Source: Sedimentisphaerales bacterium (GTDB taxonomy: Bacteria; Planctomycetota; Phycisphaerae; Sedimentisphaerales; SM23-30). From it: 64,000 nt of DNA. Position 1 is the stretch's first letter. Each line of letters opens with the position of its first letter. Of the stretch, positions 8,968-19,513 are shown piece by piece. The notes under the pieces were generated by a model. It had not been told where the DNA came from. It saw nothing but the letters and a program-made list of their open reading frames with translations, and ran no database searches. The stretch lies in assembly GCA_963666285.1 (NCBI GenBank), contig OY762711.1; one strand, given 5' to 3'. The translations under genes were made by a program, and so were the position numbers.

Positions 8968-9945
8968 TCAAGCTGATTTCCGTTTCTGTTTTCGGGCTGC
9001 TCTGGCTGCTTCCAGCTTCCTGTCACGTTCGGCATGGATCGCCTCGGCTCTACCCTCAAGCTTATCAATCGGAGTAATATAACCTATCGCACTATGCAAC
9101 CGTTTATTATTATAATGGTCAACAAAGTCTGTTACCAGACGCCGACCATCTTCCAGAGATAACGGCGTTTTTGGTCTAATACAGGTACTTTTGATAGTTT
9201 TATGATACCTTTCCAACTTACCATTACTCTGTGGATAATACGGCGAGGTTCTTACATGTGTCATGCCGCTGAGCCTGATATATTCCTTGAAGTCTTTCGA
9301 TATAAACTGCGGTCCATTGTCAGAGATAATCCTAGGGTTTTCATCCGGGAACTTCTCCCTGGCTTTCTGCAAAATTATCTCTACATCGTATTCTTTCATT
9401 GCTTCACGGATCTCCCAGTGAACAATATAACGGCTGTAGCCGTCCAGAATACTGCACATGTAGTAAAACGTGCCGCAAATATTGAGGTAAGATATGTCTA
9501 TATGCCAATGGTCATGAGCCTGTATCGGCTGAACAAAACCGGTGCCTTTCTTGCTGGCTTTACGGTTCCACCTGTCCATATACCCGGCATCTTTCAATAC
9601 CCGATATACGCTGGAAGGACTTACTGCTACAATATCGGCATCCATCATCATATAACACAATCTGCGATAACCTTCTTTCGAATATCGGCGGAAATAATCT
9701 ATTATCGTCTGTCTCTCGGCTTCGGTCAGCCAGAAATCTCTCGGTATCAGACCATTATGCTCGTTTTCCATGCCGTATCGCTTCTTCCAGTTATAATATT
9801 TACTGCGGGATATGCCCAGCCACTTTATCATGACCTTGGCAACAATTTCAGTTCGGTTGGTCCAGTAGCCTACATAGTCAACTACCTGATCACGAACATC
9901 AGGTTCAGCCCAGGAACCATTTAGTCCTCGCCAAGACTTTTTTTT
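8968..9945 (-). CDS. IS3 transposase OrfB (rve/DDE integrase core), expressed by -1 frameshift from OrfA
   Basis: Motifs 'WHIDISY', 'ISDNGPQF', 'PQSNGKLERYH', 'YNNKRLHSAIGY.TP'. The frame is open back to the A8G slippery site at 9937-9945. Confidence 0.92.
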   Translation of the reverse strand, partial: KKKSWRGLNGSWAEPDVRDQVVDYVGYWTNRTEIVAKVMIKWLGISRSKYYNWKKRYGMENEHNGLIPRDFWLTEAERQTIIDYFRRYSKEGYRRLCYMMMDADIVAVSPSSVYRVLKDAGYMDRWNRKASKKGTGFVQPIQAHDHWHIDISYLNICGTFYYMCSILDGYSRYIVHWEIREAMKEYDVEIILQKAREKFPDENPRIISDNGPQFISKDFKEYIRLSGMTHVRTSPYYPQSNGKLERYHKTIKSTCIRPKTPLSLEDGRRLVTDFVDHYNNKRLHSAIGYITPIDKLEGRAEAIHAERDRKLEAARAARKQKRKSA

Positions 9946-10238
9946 AGCTTGATATGTGACTCCATAATCTCGGCAATTACTTCATCCTTTTGAGTTATCT
10001 TTGCCTGAAGTTGTGCATTTTGACGCTCTAATCGTTTATCATAAGGAACTTTTCGGCTCTTGGCCTGTTTTGTAAATGCCGCAGCTCCATTTTCAAAAAA
10101 CTGCTTCTGCCAATTGTAAAATACATTAGGATTTAGACCGATTCGCTCGCATATCTCTGACACCGGAACGTTATCAACCAAATGCTCTTTGAGTAACTTT
10201 ACCTTCTCTTCTGCTGAATAATTCTTACGCTTTGCCAT
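9921..10238 (-). CDS. IS3 transposase OrfA (HTH)
   Basis: 'RKNYSAEEKVKLL...VSEICERIGL.PNVFYNWQKQF' HTH, ending LKKSLGED over the A-run frameshift signal. Confidence 0.9.
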   Translation of the reverse strand: MAKRKNYSAEEKVKLLKEHLVDNVPVSEICERIGLNPNVFYNWQKQFFENGAAAFTKQAKSRKVPYDKRLERQNAQLQAKITQKDEVIAEIMESHIKLKKSLGED

Positions 10239-13125
10239 GTACATTTCCTTTCTGCTAGACTATACTAACAATAATTCAGGAAATGTCCAATTCCAACTGA
10301 AGCAATACAGTAATATATGAACCAGGTGGCAATGAAACTTCTGCAGAAGCTGCGATGATAACATTTAGTATGACAAATTATAGGGTAAGAAACTCAACTT
10401 ATCACGTCACAGCTGATGATTTAAGCTGGTGTTCACTACTTCTTATAGGTTGGAATGCCGGTGGTGATATGAGTGGCTTAGATCCATCAATTATTGAAGC
10501 AGGAATTACCGGTAGGGTCATTTTAACGGGTCATGATGCAGATTTTCATACTGCTAACACACTTCAGAACACACCTGGGGCAGGTTTTTTCCTTGCTCAA
10601 TCAATGAATTATGTTTTAAGCGGTACGGGTGTTGGTATGGTAGCTTTAGGGGATGCGTCTAATGGCTTTTCTAATGATTGGTTACCTGAAAATTGGGGGT
10701 TAAATACTACAAGTGGCTTAACAGAAGAAACAACAATAGAATTTACAGATGATGGACTTGCAACAGGAATATTTGATAATCTAATTCCTAGTGATATGAA
10801 TAATTGGGAATACTCATATCATGTAGTATTTAATAGTTGGGGTAATGGTTTTAGAGCCTACGAGTTTGGTGGTTCTGAAAGCTACCCAGAAGTTATTACA
10901 ATAGGCACACCGTTTAATGCTTACGGTGTCCAATTTACTAAAGAAGATGATGTGCCAGAAGGCGGGTGTGTTTCTCCGGACACAGAAGATGACAACGATA
11001 TAGTATATACTATCTGCTGGAAAAATACATCTGGGTACACATTATATGATGTTCGAATAGTAGATACTCTACCAGAAGGTGTTGATTATCCTGAAGGATG
11101 GGATAGTGTTGACAACAATTTGAATGTAATACCAGGTGATCCTAATTATTCTCAAGAAGACCATACATATACATGGCTTATAGGAACAATAGAGACAGTT
11201 GATGATGGCCCCAACATTCCATGGACTTGCGTTACACTCGATGTTGATGTAAATGAAAATGCCATCCCAGGAATGACCTTATATAATGAAGCTGTAATAA
11301 TAGGTACATATTGTATTGACGTTCCTGACCCAAATGATCCAAATGATATTATAACAACCTGTACTGAGAAAGTTTGGGCGATTGCAACAGAATATACCCC
11401 TGTATGCTGCTGGGATGATTCAAACATTATTTACGTTTCTGAGAAAACTACAGGTGTGGATACCGGCCTGTCATGGGAAAATGCTTATAATACCGAATAT
11501 GGCTTGAAAAAGGCACTAGATAGAGCTTGGGCATCATCATGTAGCGGGCCATATACAATTTATGTAGCACAAGGCACGTATCTGCCTGGGATAACAGAAA
11601 ATGATAGCTTTGTATTGCCCGATGGAACCGAGATTTACGGCGGTTTCCCAACAGGTGGATGCGATTTTGCCAATAGGAACGCAAAGAAATATAAGACAAT
11701 ATTAAGCGGCGATTTAGGTGACTATGAAACTGCTTATACCGTTGTCACTGTGGGTTATGAAGCATTGCTGGATGGTGTAACGGTTACCGATGGCTTTGAA
11801 TACAATATTTACAGTGGAGGTCTTGATTTTACAATAAATAATTGTATTGTCAGTAATAGTATTCAGTATGGTATTTATACATTAGATGCTAACGCAACAA
11901 TCAAGTCATGTATGGTTAAAAATAATGGAGCAGATGGTATATACCATGAAAGTATTTCAAACAATCTCAATGTTTCTAACTCTTGGGTTATGCGAAATAA
12001 TCAATATGGTATAAAATGTGATGGTTCAACTCCTACAATCAAAAACTGTATAATATCTGAAAGTGACCTCTCTGAAGAAGGTAATGAAGGAATTCGTATT
12101 GTAAATCCACCATCCAATCCAGTGCTGCACAACCTGACTATCTCAAACAATAAGTCAGTTGGAATACATTTTGAGGATAATAGCAGCATAGACCCAAATG
12201 ACCCAACTCCGGATTATCCGGATATCCAGAACTGTATAATTTACTATAACAACAGCAGCGGTCCACAGCTGAGCGGCATAGATGCTGATTTTGCTTATTA
12301 CAGCTGCATACAGGACTGTAATAGCGTAAATGCTAATTACAATATAAATTCCATGCCGCAGTTTGCCTACCCGGTTGACCCGGCCGGTGCACCTGACCCG
12401 GAAAATTATCATCTGGCATATAATTCTGTATGTATTGATCAGGGCAACCCATTACTGCTGTATGATGACCAGGTAGATTATGATAATGAAATTCGTGTGG
12501 CAGGCACTTACGTTGATATGGGAGCAGATGAGGTTTATTCTTGTGATGGCAATTATTCCGAAGATGATATTGCCAATGAATACGATTGGAACGCAGACGG
12601 CATAGTCAACCTGGAAGAATTTGAGCTTTTCGCCGGTGCATGGCTGGCAAATGAGCCAAACAGCCCGCCTGCAATTGCAGACCCTAATACCATTATCGGC
12701 TGGAACTCAAACTGCAACCTGGATGAGACCGGCAGCAGCCAGTACAGTATAGACCTGGTGGATTTGACAGTATTTGTTAATGATGTGCCATGGTTGTGGC
12801 AGGCGTGCTGGTACGATAGTAATACTGAAAACGTTGAAGAAATGACAATGATGACAACTTCGGTGACACCTTTGGAATCTATTGCAAGTGTGGCGGCATT
12901 AAGTCTTGATACAGAAACAGAAGCTGCAATAAATCCATATGATAGGATGAGTAATTCTGAACTGGCACAAATCGTCAGTGATATATATTACCTTCAGGAT
13001 TGCGTAGCAGAAAAGATTCTACAGACTTCTAAGGGTAAAGATAAGAAAGATTTACAGGATATTCTGGACTTTTTCGATGAAGAATTAGCCAAAATAGCCG
13101 AATCTTTACAATAAATATTGAACCT

Positions 13126-13156
13126 GCCTGCCGTTATTTGATATAATAGCGGCAGG
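13126..13156 (+). terminator. Stem-loop between the large secreted gene and the PEP-CTERM cluster
   Basis: CCTGCCGTTATT-loop-AATAGCGGCAGG. The U-tract is weak, so it may be a stabilising or processing hairpin. Confidence 0.45.
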
Positions 13157-13192
13157 TAAGGTTATTATTCAGTTGAGTTTACAGGAGAAAAA

Positions 13193-13840
13193 ATGAAATT
13201 TTTACAAATGATGTTAATTTTAATACTGGCTAGCCATTCTTTTGCCAGTATTTATGATTCCAATGGAATTGCAACTGATGGGTATATTTCTGAGGGAGAA
13301 TATGGTTCTAATGTACAGGTAAGCGAAGACAGTATTTTAACAGTAACTGGCGGAGGAGCTGAACAGATTAGACTATTTGATAATTCTCATTTAGAAATCA
13401 TTTCAACTAAAACACCTTTATCAGGCTACTACGAAGGCGGTGGCGGAATATATTATATTACTCCCAGCGATAACAGCACTGTTACTTTTTCTGGTGGTAT
13501 AGCCAACTATATTTATGTCCTAAAAGATGCAGCAGCAATCATCAATGGCGGACAGGTGAATCTGATTAGAAGTATTCAAAAACCTACTGCCGGCGAAACA
13601 ATTACAATTGAATGCTGCGAGGGCTGGTCCTGGCTTTATGATGATGAAGGAGAAATCAACGGCATATCTGGACAATGGTACAAACACAGCAATGATGAAT
13701 TTTCGATAAAATTCCTAAACGATACCATACAATACAAATATCCAGATACTTATACTCATGTAAAGGTTGTTACCCCTGAACCCGCAACTATCGTTCTGCT
13801 TACTCTGGGCGGAGTGATAATGAAAAGACGATGTGTATAA
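13193..13840 (+). CDS. PEP-CTERM protein, paralog 1
   Basis: Signal peptide and C-terminal TPEPATIVLLTLGGVIMKRR. Confidence 0.9.
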   Translation: MKFLQMMLILILASHSFASIYDSNGIATDGYISEGEYGSNVQVSEDSILTVTGGGAEQIRLFDNSHLEIISTKTPLSGYYEGGGGIYYITPSDNSTVTFSGGIANYIYVLKDAAAIINGGQVNLIRSIQKPTAGETITIECCEGWSWLYDDEGEINGISGQWYKHSNDEFSIKFLNDTIQYKYPDTYTHVKVVTPEPATIVLLTLGGVIMKRRCV

Positions 13841-13863
13841 TTCTCTTAATCACAGGAGAAAAA

Positions 13864-14509
13864 ATGAAATTTTCACAAATGATGTTAATACTGGCATTGG
13901 TTAATATCTCATATGGAAGTATTTACGATTCAAATGGTCTTGCAAGCGATGGAATAATTTCTGATGGTGAATATGGCACTAATGTACAGGTAAGTGAAGA
14001 CAGTATTTTAACTTTTACAGGAGGGGGGGGGGGACCAGGTTCGCCTTAGCGATTATTCTCATTTAGAGGTTATTTCAACTAAAACACCATTATCAGGCTA
14101 CTATGAAGGTGGAGGTGGAATATATAACATTGTTCCCAGCGATAACAGCACTGTTACTTTTTCCGGTGGTGTTGCCAACTATATTTATGTCCAAAAAGAT
14201 GCAGCAGCAATCATCAATGGTGGACAGGTCAATCTAATCAGAACCGCACAATATGAATATGTCGGAAAAACAATAACAATAGAATGCTGTGATGGCTGGT
14301 CCTGGCTTTACAATAACGAAGGAGAAATCAACGGCATTACCGGCCAATGGTATAAATACAGTAATGATGAATTTTCGATAAAATTCTTGAATATTGATAA
14401 ACCATTATTAACAGATACTTATACTCATGTAAAGGTTGTTACACCAGAGCCCGCAACAATCGTTCTGCTTACCCTGGGCGGAGTGATAATGAAAAGACGA
14501 TGTGTATAA
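13864..14509 (+). pseudogene. PEP-CTERM protein, paralog 2, frameshifted at a G11 tract (possible phase variation)
   Basis: G run at 14023-14033. With G10 the frame reads TGGGGDQVRLSDYSHLEVISTK (paralog 1: TGGGAEQIRLFDNSHLEIISTK) and continues to ...TPEPATIVLLTLGGVIMKRRCV*. Confidence 0.85.
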
Positions 14510-14532
14510 TTCTCTTAATCACAGGAGAAAAA

Positions 14533-15168
14533 ATGAAATTTTTACAAATGATGTTAATACTGATATTGACTGTTAACATATCCTATGGGAGTGTTCGAGA
14601 TGCTAACGGTATAACCAATGATGGAATAATATCAAATAATGAATATGGCTATAATGTACGAGTAAGCGAAGACAGTGTTTTAACAATTACAGGTGGCGGA
14701 GCTGATGACATTGAATTGAAAGATTATTCTCATTTAGATGTCCTATCAACTAAAACTCCACTATCAGACGGTAATAATGGTGGAGGTGGAATATACAACA
14801 TTGTTCCCAGCGACAACAGCACTGTTACTTTTTCCGGTGGTATAGCCAACTATATTTATGTCCTAAAAGATGCAGCGGCAATCATCAATGGCGGACAGGT
14901 CAATCTGATTAGAAGTATTCAAAAACCTGATCTTGGAAAAACAATCACTATTGACTGCATGCTAAATAGTTGGTCATGGATTGGTGAAGGTGAAAATATT
15001 ACCGGCATAACAGGAAAATGGCATAATGGTGATGATTTCTCAATTACATTTTTGAACGACACAATACAATATAAATATCCTGACACATGGGAACATGTTG
15101 ACGTTATACCAGAACCAGCATCGTTGTTATTACTGGGAATTGGTGGATTACTTTTAAAAAAAGTGTAG
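14533..15168 (+). CDS. PEP-CTERM protein, paralog 3
   Basis: ATG follows ACAGGAGAAAAA as in paralogs 1 and 2. Ends IPEPASLLLLGIGGLLLKK. Confidence 0.9.
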   Translation: MKFLQMMLILILTVNISYGSVRDANGITNDGIISNNEYGYNVRVSEDSVLTITGGGADDIELKDYSHLDVLSTKTPLSDGNNGGGGIYNIVPSDNSTVTFSGGIANYIYVLKDAAAIINGGQVNLIRSIQKPDLGKTITIDCMLNSWSWIGEGENITGITGKWHNGDDFSITFLNDTIQYKYPDTWEHVDVIPEPASLLLLGIGGLLLKKV

Positions 15169-15211
15169 TTTTCTCTAGAAAACAAAAAACGAAAATAAAA
15201 AGGAGTGACTT

Positions 15212-16429
15212 ATGAAAAAGTATTATGTGCTTATTATGATTTTGAGTCTACTATTATTACTTAATAATTGTTTTGCAATCAGTATAGAGGATTATGCTAC
15301 CGAAAATGGTTTTACGGGAAATGAAACTGACATAACTATTAGATATGCTAATATTGATTCATTAGAAGGATTAGCAAATAACTACCCTTCCTTAAAATGG
15401 CTTAATTTAGTATATAATAATATTACTAGTATAGGTCAAGGAGATTTTTCAGGTTTAACTAGAGTACAGAGAATATATTTAACTGGTAATAAAGTTGGTC
15501 AAATAAGTGATAATGCCTTTTCTGGGCTATATTCTATTAGTCACCTGTATTTAACTGAAAATTCATTAGAGAATGTTAATCTAAACATGTTTGCTGGATT
15601 ACACCAGCTAGATGTTTTAAGTCTCGCTAAAAACAATATCAACAATATCGAAAACGGGAGTTTTAGAGAATTAGTTAATTTGACAAATTTAGATTTGTCG
15701 GAAAATGACCTCAATTCTATAAAATCTACAACATTTGAAGGTATGATAAATCTAAAATATTTGTCATTGAAGAACAACAATATCAATATTTTAGAATCGA
15801 ACCTTTTTGAGAATAATTCAAACCTTGAAAGTGTAATACTATCCGATTGTAAGATTGAATATATTTCCGATAGTGTATTTTCAAATTTAGGTAATATAAA
15901 TCATCTTACTTTTGCAAACAACTATAATTTAAGTTCATTAAATCTTGAAGGAGCAGACTTTAGTTCCTTGGCCTGGTTTGATGTTTCAAATTGTCCTATC
16001 AGCTCTGTTATTCTCAAAAACTCAAAACTAAATCAACTATCATTTGACACGATTATGATTGGTAATGAACCTAACCCAAGAATAACAAGTATAGCAGAGT
16101 TTGATAATGTTATAGAAATGGACATGAGTGGTATAGATTTTTCCATGATTAATGATTTTTCTAAAATGTATTCGATGGATGATCTTGAAACATTATTGTT
16201 AGATGATTCATATAACATTTCAGGTGAGAGTATTTTAGGAATTATAAACGAACTTGATTCTTTAAGTTGCTTAAGTATTGGTAACGATCTTTGGGGCTCT
16301 TTATCACCAGACATCCAATCTCAACTCCAACAATGGTCAGAAATCCCTGATAATGTTTTATTGGTTCCAGAACCAACATCTTTGCTTTTATTAGGGCTTG
16401 GCGGTCTTCTACTTAAAAGAAAGAATTAA
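15212..16429 (+). CDS. Leucine-rich-repeat protein with PEP-CTERM anchor
   Basis: LxxLxLxxNxIxxI...FxGL repeats, signal peptide, and C-terminal VPEPTSLLLLGLGGLLLKRK. Confidence 0.92.
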   Translation: MKKYYVLIMILSLLLLLNNCFAISIEDYATENGFTGNETDITIRYANIDSLEGLANNYPSLKWLNLVYNNITSIGQGDFSGLTRVQRIYLTGNKVGQISDNAFSGLYSISHLYLTENSLENVNLNMFAGLHQLDVLSLAKNNINNIENGSFRELVNLTNLDLSENDLNSIKSTTFEGMINLKYLSLKNNNINILESNLFENNSNLESVILSDCKIEYISDSVFSNLGNINHLTFANNYNLSSLNLEGADFSSLAWFDVSNCPISSVILKNSKLNQLSFDTIMIGNEPNPRITSIAEFDNVIEMDMSGIDFSMINDFSKMYSMDDLETLLLDDSYNISGESILGIINELDSLSCLSIGNDLWGSLSPDIQSQLQQWSEIPDNVLLVPEPTSLLLLGLGGLLLKRKN

Positions 16430-17294
16430 ATGACAATCAGACAACTATAAAGAAATTGTTTTGTGTACTATTAATAGTGAATAAAAGTAATTCGAAAACA
16501 ATATAATTTCGACACTCAATTTTGGCTGGTGTGGTTTTCTCTAATTTTCCCTTCTGAATCCCGACCATAACATCATAGGGGAGATCGCACCGGCTTTTAT
16601 TTTAGAAATCAAAATGGACATACATGCTAATTTAGAACATATAGAAAACACAAGTACAAAACCCAATGGAAAGTTTGATAAAGAGCAACCGTTCACACGG
16701 TTACAGTAATAAGATATAAGTAAAAAGAAATAAGCTAAGGTGCGCTTATCGTGAACTATTTTAAAGCTCCGCAAACACAGAATCTGACGCAAATAACGCA
16801 CCTGTGAATGCTTGCGATAAAGATATGTTTCGGGTTCGAGCAGCGTATTTTTATTCTAAGTGTCGAGCCAAGGGGATAGATGCTGAAGAATGCTATCCTG
16901 AGTTCAACAAACACATTCGAGCGGTTCTTGGGTCATAGTTTAGCTTCCTGTGTTCAGTTTTTAGATGAAAAAAAAGGCAAGGCTACAATAAACAGAGTTA
17001 GGTCTCAGATATTAAAAGAAATCACTCCACTCATATTTAATGACAATTGTGTCCGTTCGGTGCACCAATTGTGATTCTGTAGAAGTTGCGTTATAATTGA
17101 TTTGCGGTGATTTATTTTGCCTGATTGTGACATAAATAATCCTGTACTGATTGGGGGGTGGTATATTCAATCAACCAGAACAGATTTTATCAGCTCAATA
17201 AAAACTTACAACGGGTACTTTACCGAACGGATACAAATCAACCAATAAAAGACCGTAACGAAGATATTGAAGTAAGTGAACCCAACGGCCTCTT

Positions 17295-18422
17295 TTAGGG
17301 GCCTTCCTCAGACCTCCTGCTATGCAGTAGGCGTACGTGATTTTCTTTTAGCCATTTGTCAATGTTTTCGGCTTGAAAATTTATCGAATATATTGGTAAA
17401 TTCATATGGTGAGCACCGTCTACTATTAACAGTGTCGTATTGTCTGGTGCGGCATTTAATAGCTCTCTGCTGTGTATAGGCGGAAGATGCTTGTCTTTAC
17501 TGCCATGGATAAGTAGAATTGGTATTGAGGTGTTTTTTATTGCGGCAAGTGTCGTTTCTTGTTTCGGGTCAAATCCAACTATTTCTCCGGCAATATCAAT
17601 AGCATTATAGATTTTTCTCTTATTCAAGTTAACCAGGAATTTTGGTATTCGCATTTCTGTTGAAATGAAATCCAATGATGCTTTTTTTATGCTCGAATAG
17701 GGTTCCATAGCAATGACTTTATCGATCCTGTCGTCCAGTGCGGCGGTATGCAGTGCGGTAGCTGCTCCGTGAGAGCATCCGAAAAGGATCAGGTTGTTGT
17801 GCAGTTTGCCTTGCTTTTCCAGATAGTCAATAGCAGCTATTATCGGTTCGGCTGTTTTGTTGCCGTAGAGTATGTGTTTGCCGGTTGAAAGTCCTTGGCC
17901 GGGCAGGTCGATTGAAATTGTCTGGTAGCCGTAAACCGCCATGATATTTGCCCAATAGTACATTGTCGTCTTAGGTACATATATTCCCGGCAGTATTATT
18001 ACGGTTCCCCTGGGTTTTTGCCATAGTTTTTTGCCGACCGGTTTGAAAGTCAGGGGCAGATTGCTGCTGTTATCATTTTCATAGTCCCAGAATATTTTGT
18101 CGGGAATTTTGTCAGGTGTTTTGTTTTTCATTGCATCCAGCATAGACCGGTAAATATTGCCGGAAGTTATACCCCATTCTGTTTTGGGTTCTATGCCTGC
18201 CACATGCAGCGAGGTATTGTTGTCGATAATAATTCTATCCTGCCAGTCGTATTGGTATTTGTTTAGCTGCTCGCTGCTATAGCTGCCCAACTGCTCAATG
18301 GTTTTGTTTTGGTTTGGAGCAGTGGTGAAATGTGTAGCCATTTTTTGGCTATTAATACAGCCGCTTAGGATAGAAATTAGAAATATGCAGGTGCTATATC
18401 GTATAATTTTAAAACAATACAT
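17295..18422 (-). CDS. Alpha/beta-hydrolase lipoprotein
   Basis: Lipobox LSGC, 'IDLPGQGLS', nucleophile elbow GCSHG, 'LIHGSKD', 'GAHH'. Confidence 0.88.
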   Translation of the reverse strand: MYCFKIIRYSTCIFLISILSGCINSQKMATHFTTAPNQNKTIEQLGSYSSEQLNKYQYDWQDRIIIDNNTSLHVAGIEPKTEWGITSGNIYRSMLDAMKNKTPDKIPDKIFWDYENDNSSNLPLTFKPVGKKLWQKPRGTVIILPGIYVPKTTMYYWANIMAVYGYQTISIDLPGQGLSTGKHILYGNKTAEPIIAAIDYLEKQGKLHNNLILFGCSHGAATALHTAALDDRIDKVIAMEPYSSIKKASLDFISTEMRIPKFLVNLNKRKIYNAIDIAGEIVGFDPKQETTLAAIKNTSIPILLIHGSKDKHLPPIHSRELLNAAPDNTTLLIVDGAHHMNLPIYSINFQAENIDKWLKENHVRLLHSRRSEEGP

Positions 18423-18501
18423 TATATTCCTTTAGTTTGCCAATGCCGCATGTATTACATTGATAATAATTTTTGATAAATACCCGGTTCCGGCTGACGG
18501 C

Positions 18502-19500
18502 CTAGCCAGGTGTATTTTGGGAAAGGCTTTGCTTTGTTTCTTCGATAAAGTTCCTTGCCAGATCGGTTGATTTATCAATCTCATCTGTGGTAGGAGCGTA
18601 CTTGGCAAATTTTACCATATCGCAATGCAAAAGAAATTCCTTAAGTTTGTCTTTATAGTTATCCGGCAAATCGGCACTGGCAGAAGCTTCCTGCAGGAAT
18701 TCTTCCGTAGTACGTTCAGGAGCTTTCAGGTTGAACCTGTGTTCGATATACAGCCTGATAATATAGCTAAGTTTTTCGTAGAATTCTTTAATCTTTCCGG
18801 CTTCAACCAGTTTTTCCGCCAGCAGGGCATTGAGCCTTTCAAGTGCAATTTCATGTGCCGGTCTCTGTATAACCGGTGTTGCAACCAGTTTTTTCTTACT
18901 GCTGAGATAAACCAATAACAGCAGGGCGATTATTATGCCGAATATGCCAAATGCGGCCCCAATTAGCCATGTTTTATCTGCAGGTAGCTCTACAGGGCCT
19001 TTAATATCATTTATCTCAGCTTTTTCTACATCTTCAGGTAGAACATCGGTTACAGAAAAAACAGGAGAATCCAAAATTATTTGTTTTACCTCAGGTTCGC
19101 TGCCGTCATCAGTTTTTTTGTAATATTCCAGGGCAATCTCAAGAGGGGCTATGTCACCGGTGATAAGCGGTTCTATGCGATAGCTGACACTCCTTTGATT
19201 TCTTCCATCGTCCAACAGCTTAACTTCCGGCTTACCACTTTCCAGGACGCCAAAGGTTTCACTGTCAGCCCAATCTGCTTCCAGTTTTGGTAATATAACT
19301 TCATATTCTTCCGGATATGCTGCTTTAAGTTCCAGGTTAAACGTATCGGCGATGGTCAATTGCTTTGCCGAGCTGATGAGTTCGAAAGTGATACCGTCGG
19401 CTTCTTCTTTCTCGTGGTGGCCGGTATTTTTGTCCTGGGCAACTGCCAAGGCCGAGATTACGAATAATAGTAATAATATTCTATGGATTGTTCTATTCAT
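18502..19500 (-). CDS. Bat-operon-type membrane-anchored protein (BatD/DUF4381-like)
   Basis: Signal peptide from ATG at 19500, 'INDIKGP' plus a TM, and 'FY..LS.IIR.YIE.RF...APERTTEEFL...DMVKFAK'. Follows the DUF58 gene. Confidence 0.75.
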   Translation of the reverse strand: MNRTIHRILLLLFVISALAVAQDKNTGHHEKEEADGITFELISSAKQLTIADTFNLELKAAYPEEYEVILPKLEADWADSETFGVLESGKPEVKLLDDGRNQRSVSYRIEPLITGDIAPLEIALEYYKKTDDGSEPEVKQIILDSPVFSVTDVLPEDVEKAEINDIKGPVELPADKTWLIGAAFGIFGIIIALLLLVYLSSKKKLVATPVIQRPAHEIALERLNALLAEKLVEAGKIKEFYEKLSYIIRLYIEHRFNLKAPERTTEEFLQEASASADLPDNYKDKLKEFLLHCDMVKFAKYAPTTDEIDKSTDLARNFIEETKQSLSQNTPG

Positions 19501-19513
19501 AATGTTATTTATC

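Larger units (their letters stand above)
8689..10309 (-). mobile_element. IS3-family insertion sequence (1621 bp), apparently intact
   Basis: Imperfect inverted repeats: TGTACTGGTTCAGCGTGAACTGGACA at 8689 and, at the 10309 end read on the minus strand, TGTATTGCTTCAGTTGGAATTGGACA. TG...CA ends, 4-bp target duplication GTAA (8685-8688, 10310-10313), and orfA/orfB. Confidence 0.95.
8505..13114 (+). pseudogene. IS-interrupted large secreted protein (signal peptide; DUF11-like domain; right-handed beta-helix; dockerin-like module), 994 aa if the IS is removed
   Basis: Removing 8689-10313 joins ...KNTPVV|IYEPGGNETSAEAAMITFS... in frame. The signal peptide MKMIRLLLLLVLLCG follows AAGGAG. 'DIVYTI.W.N...V.IVDTLPEGV' is DUF11-like, and N/I/S-rich beta-helix repeats follow. 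Confidence 0.85.

Noticed and set aside
9202..9924. 240-aa plus-strand ORF inside the IS
   Set aside because: Antisense shadow of OrfB with no recognisable motifs.
13831..14049. 72-aa ORF as an independent small gene
   Set aside because: It is the 5' part of the frameshifted PEP-CTERM paralog 2; the true start is 13864.
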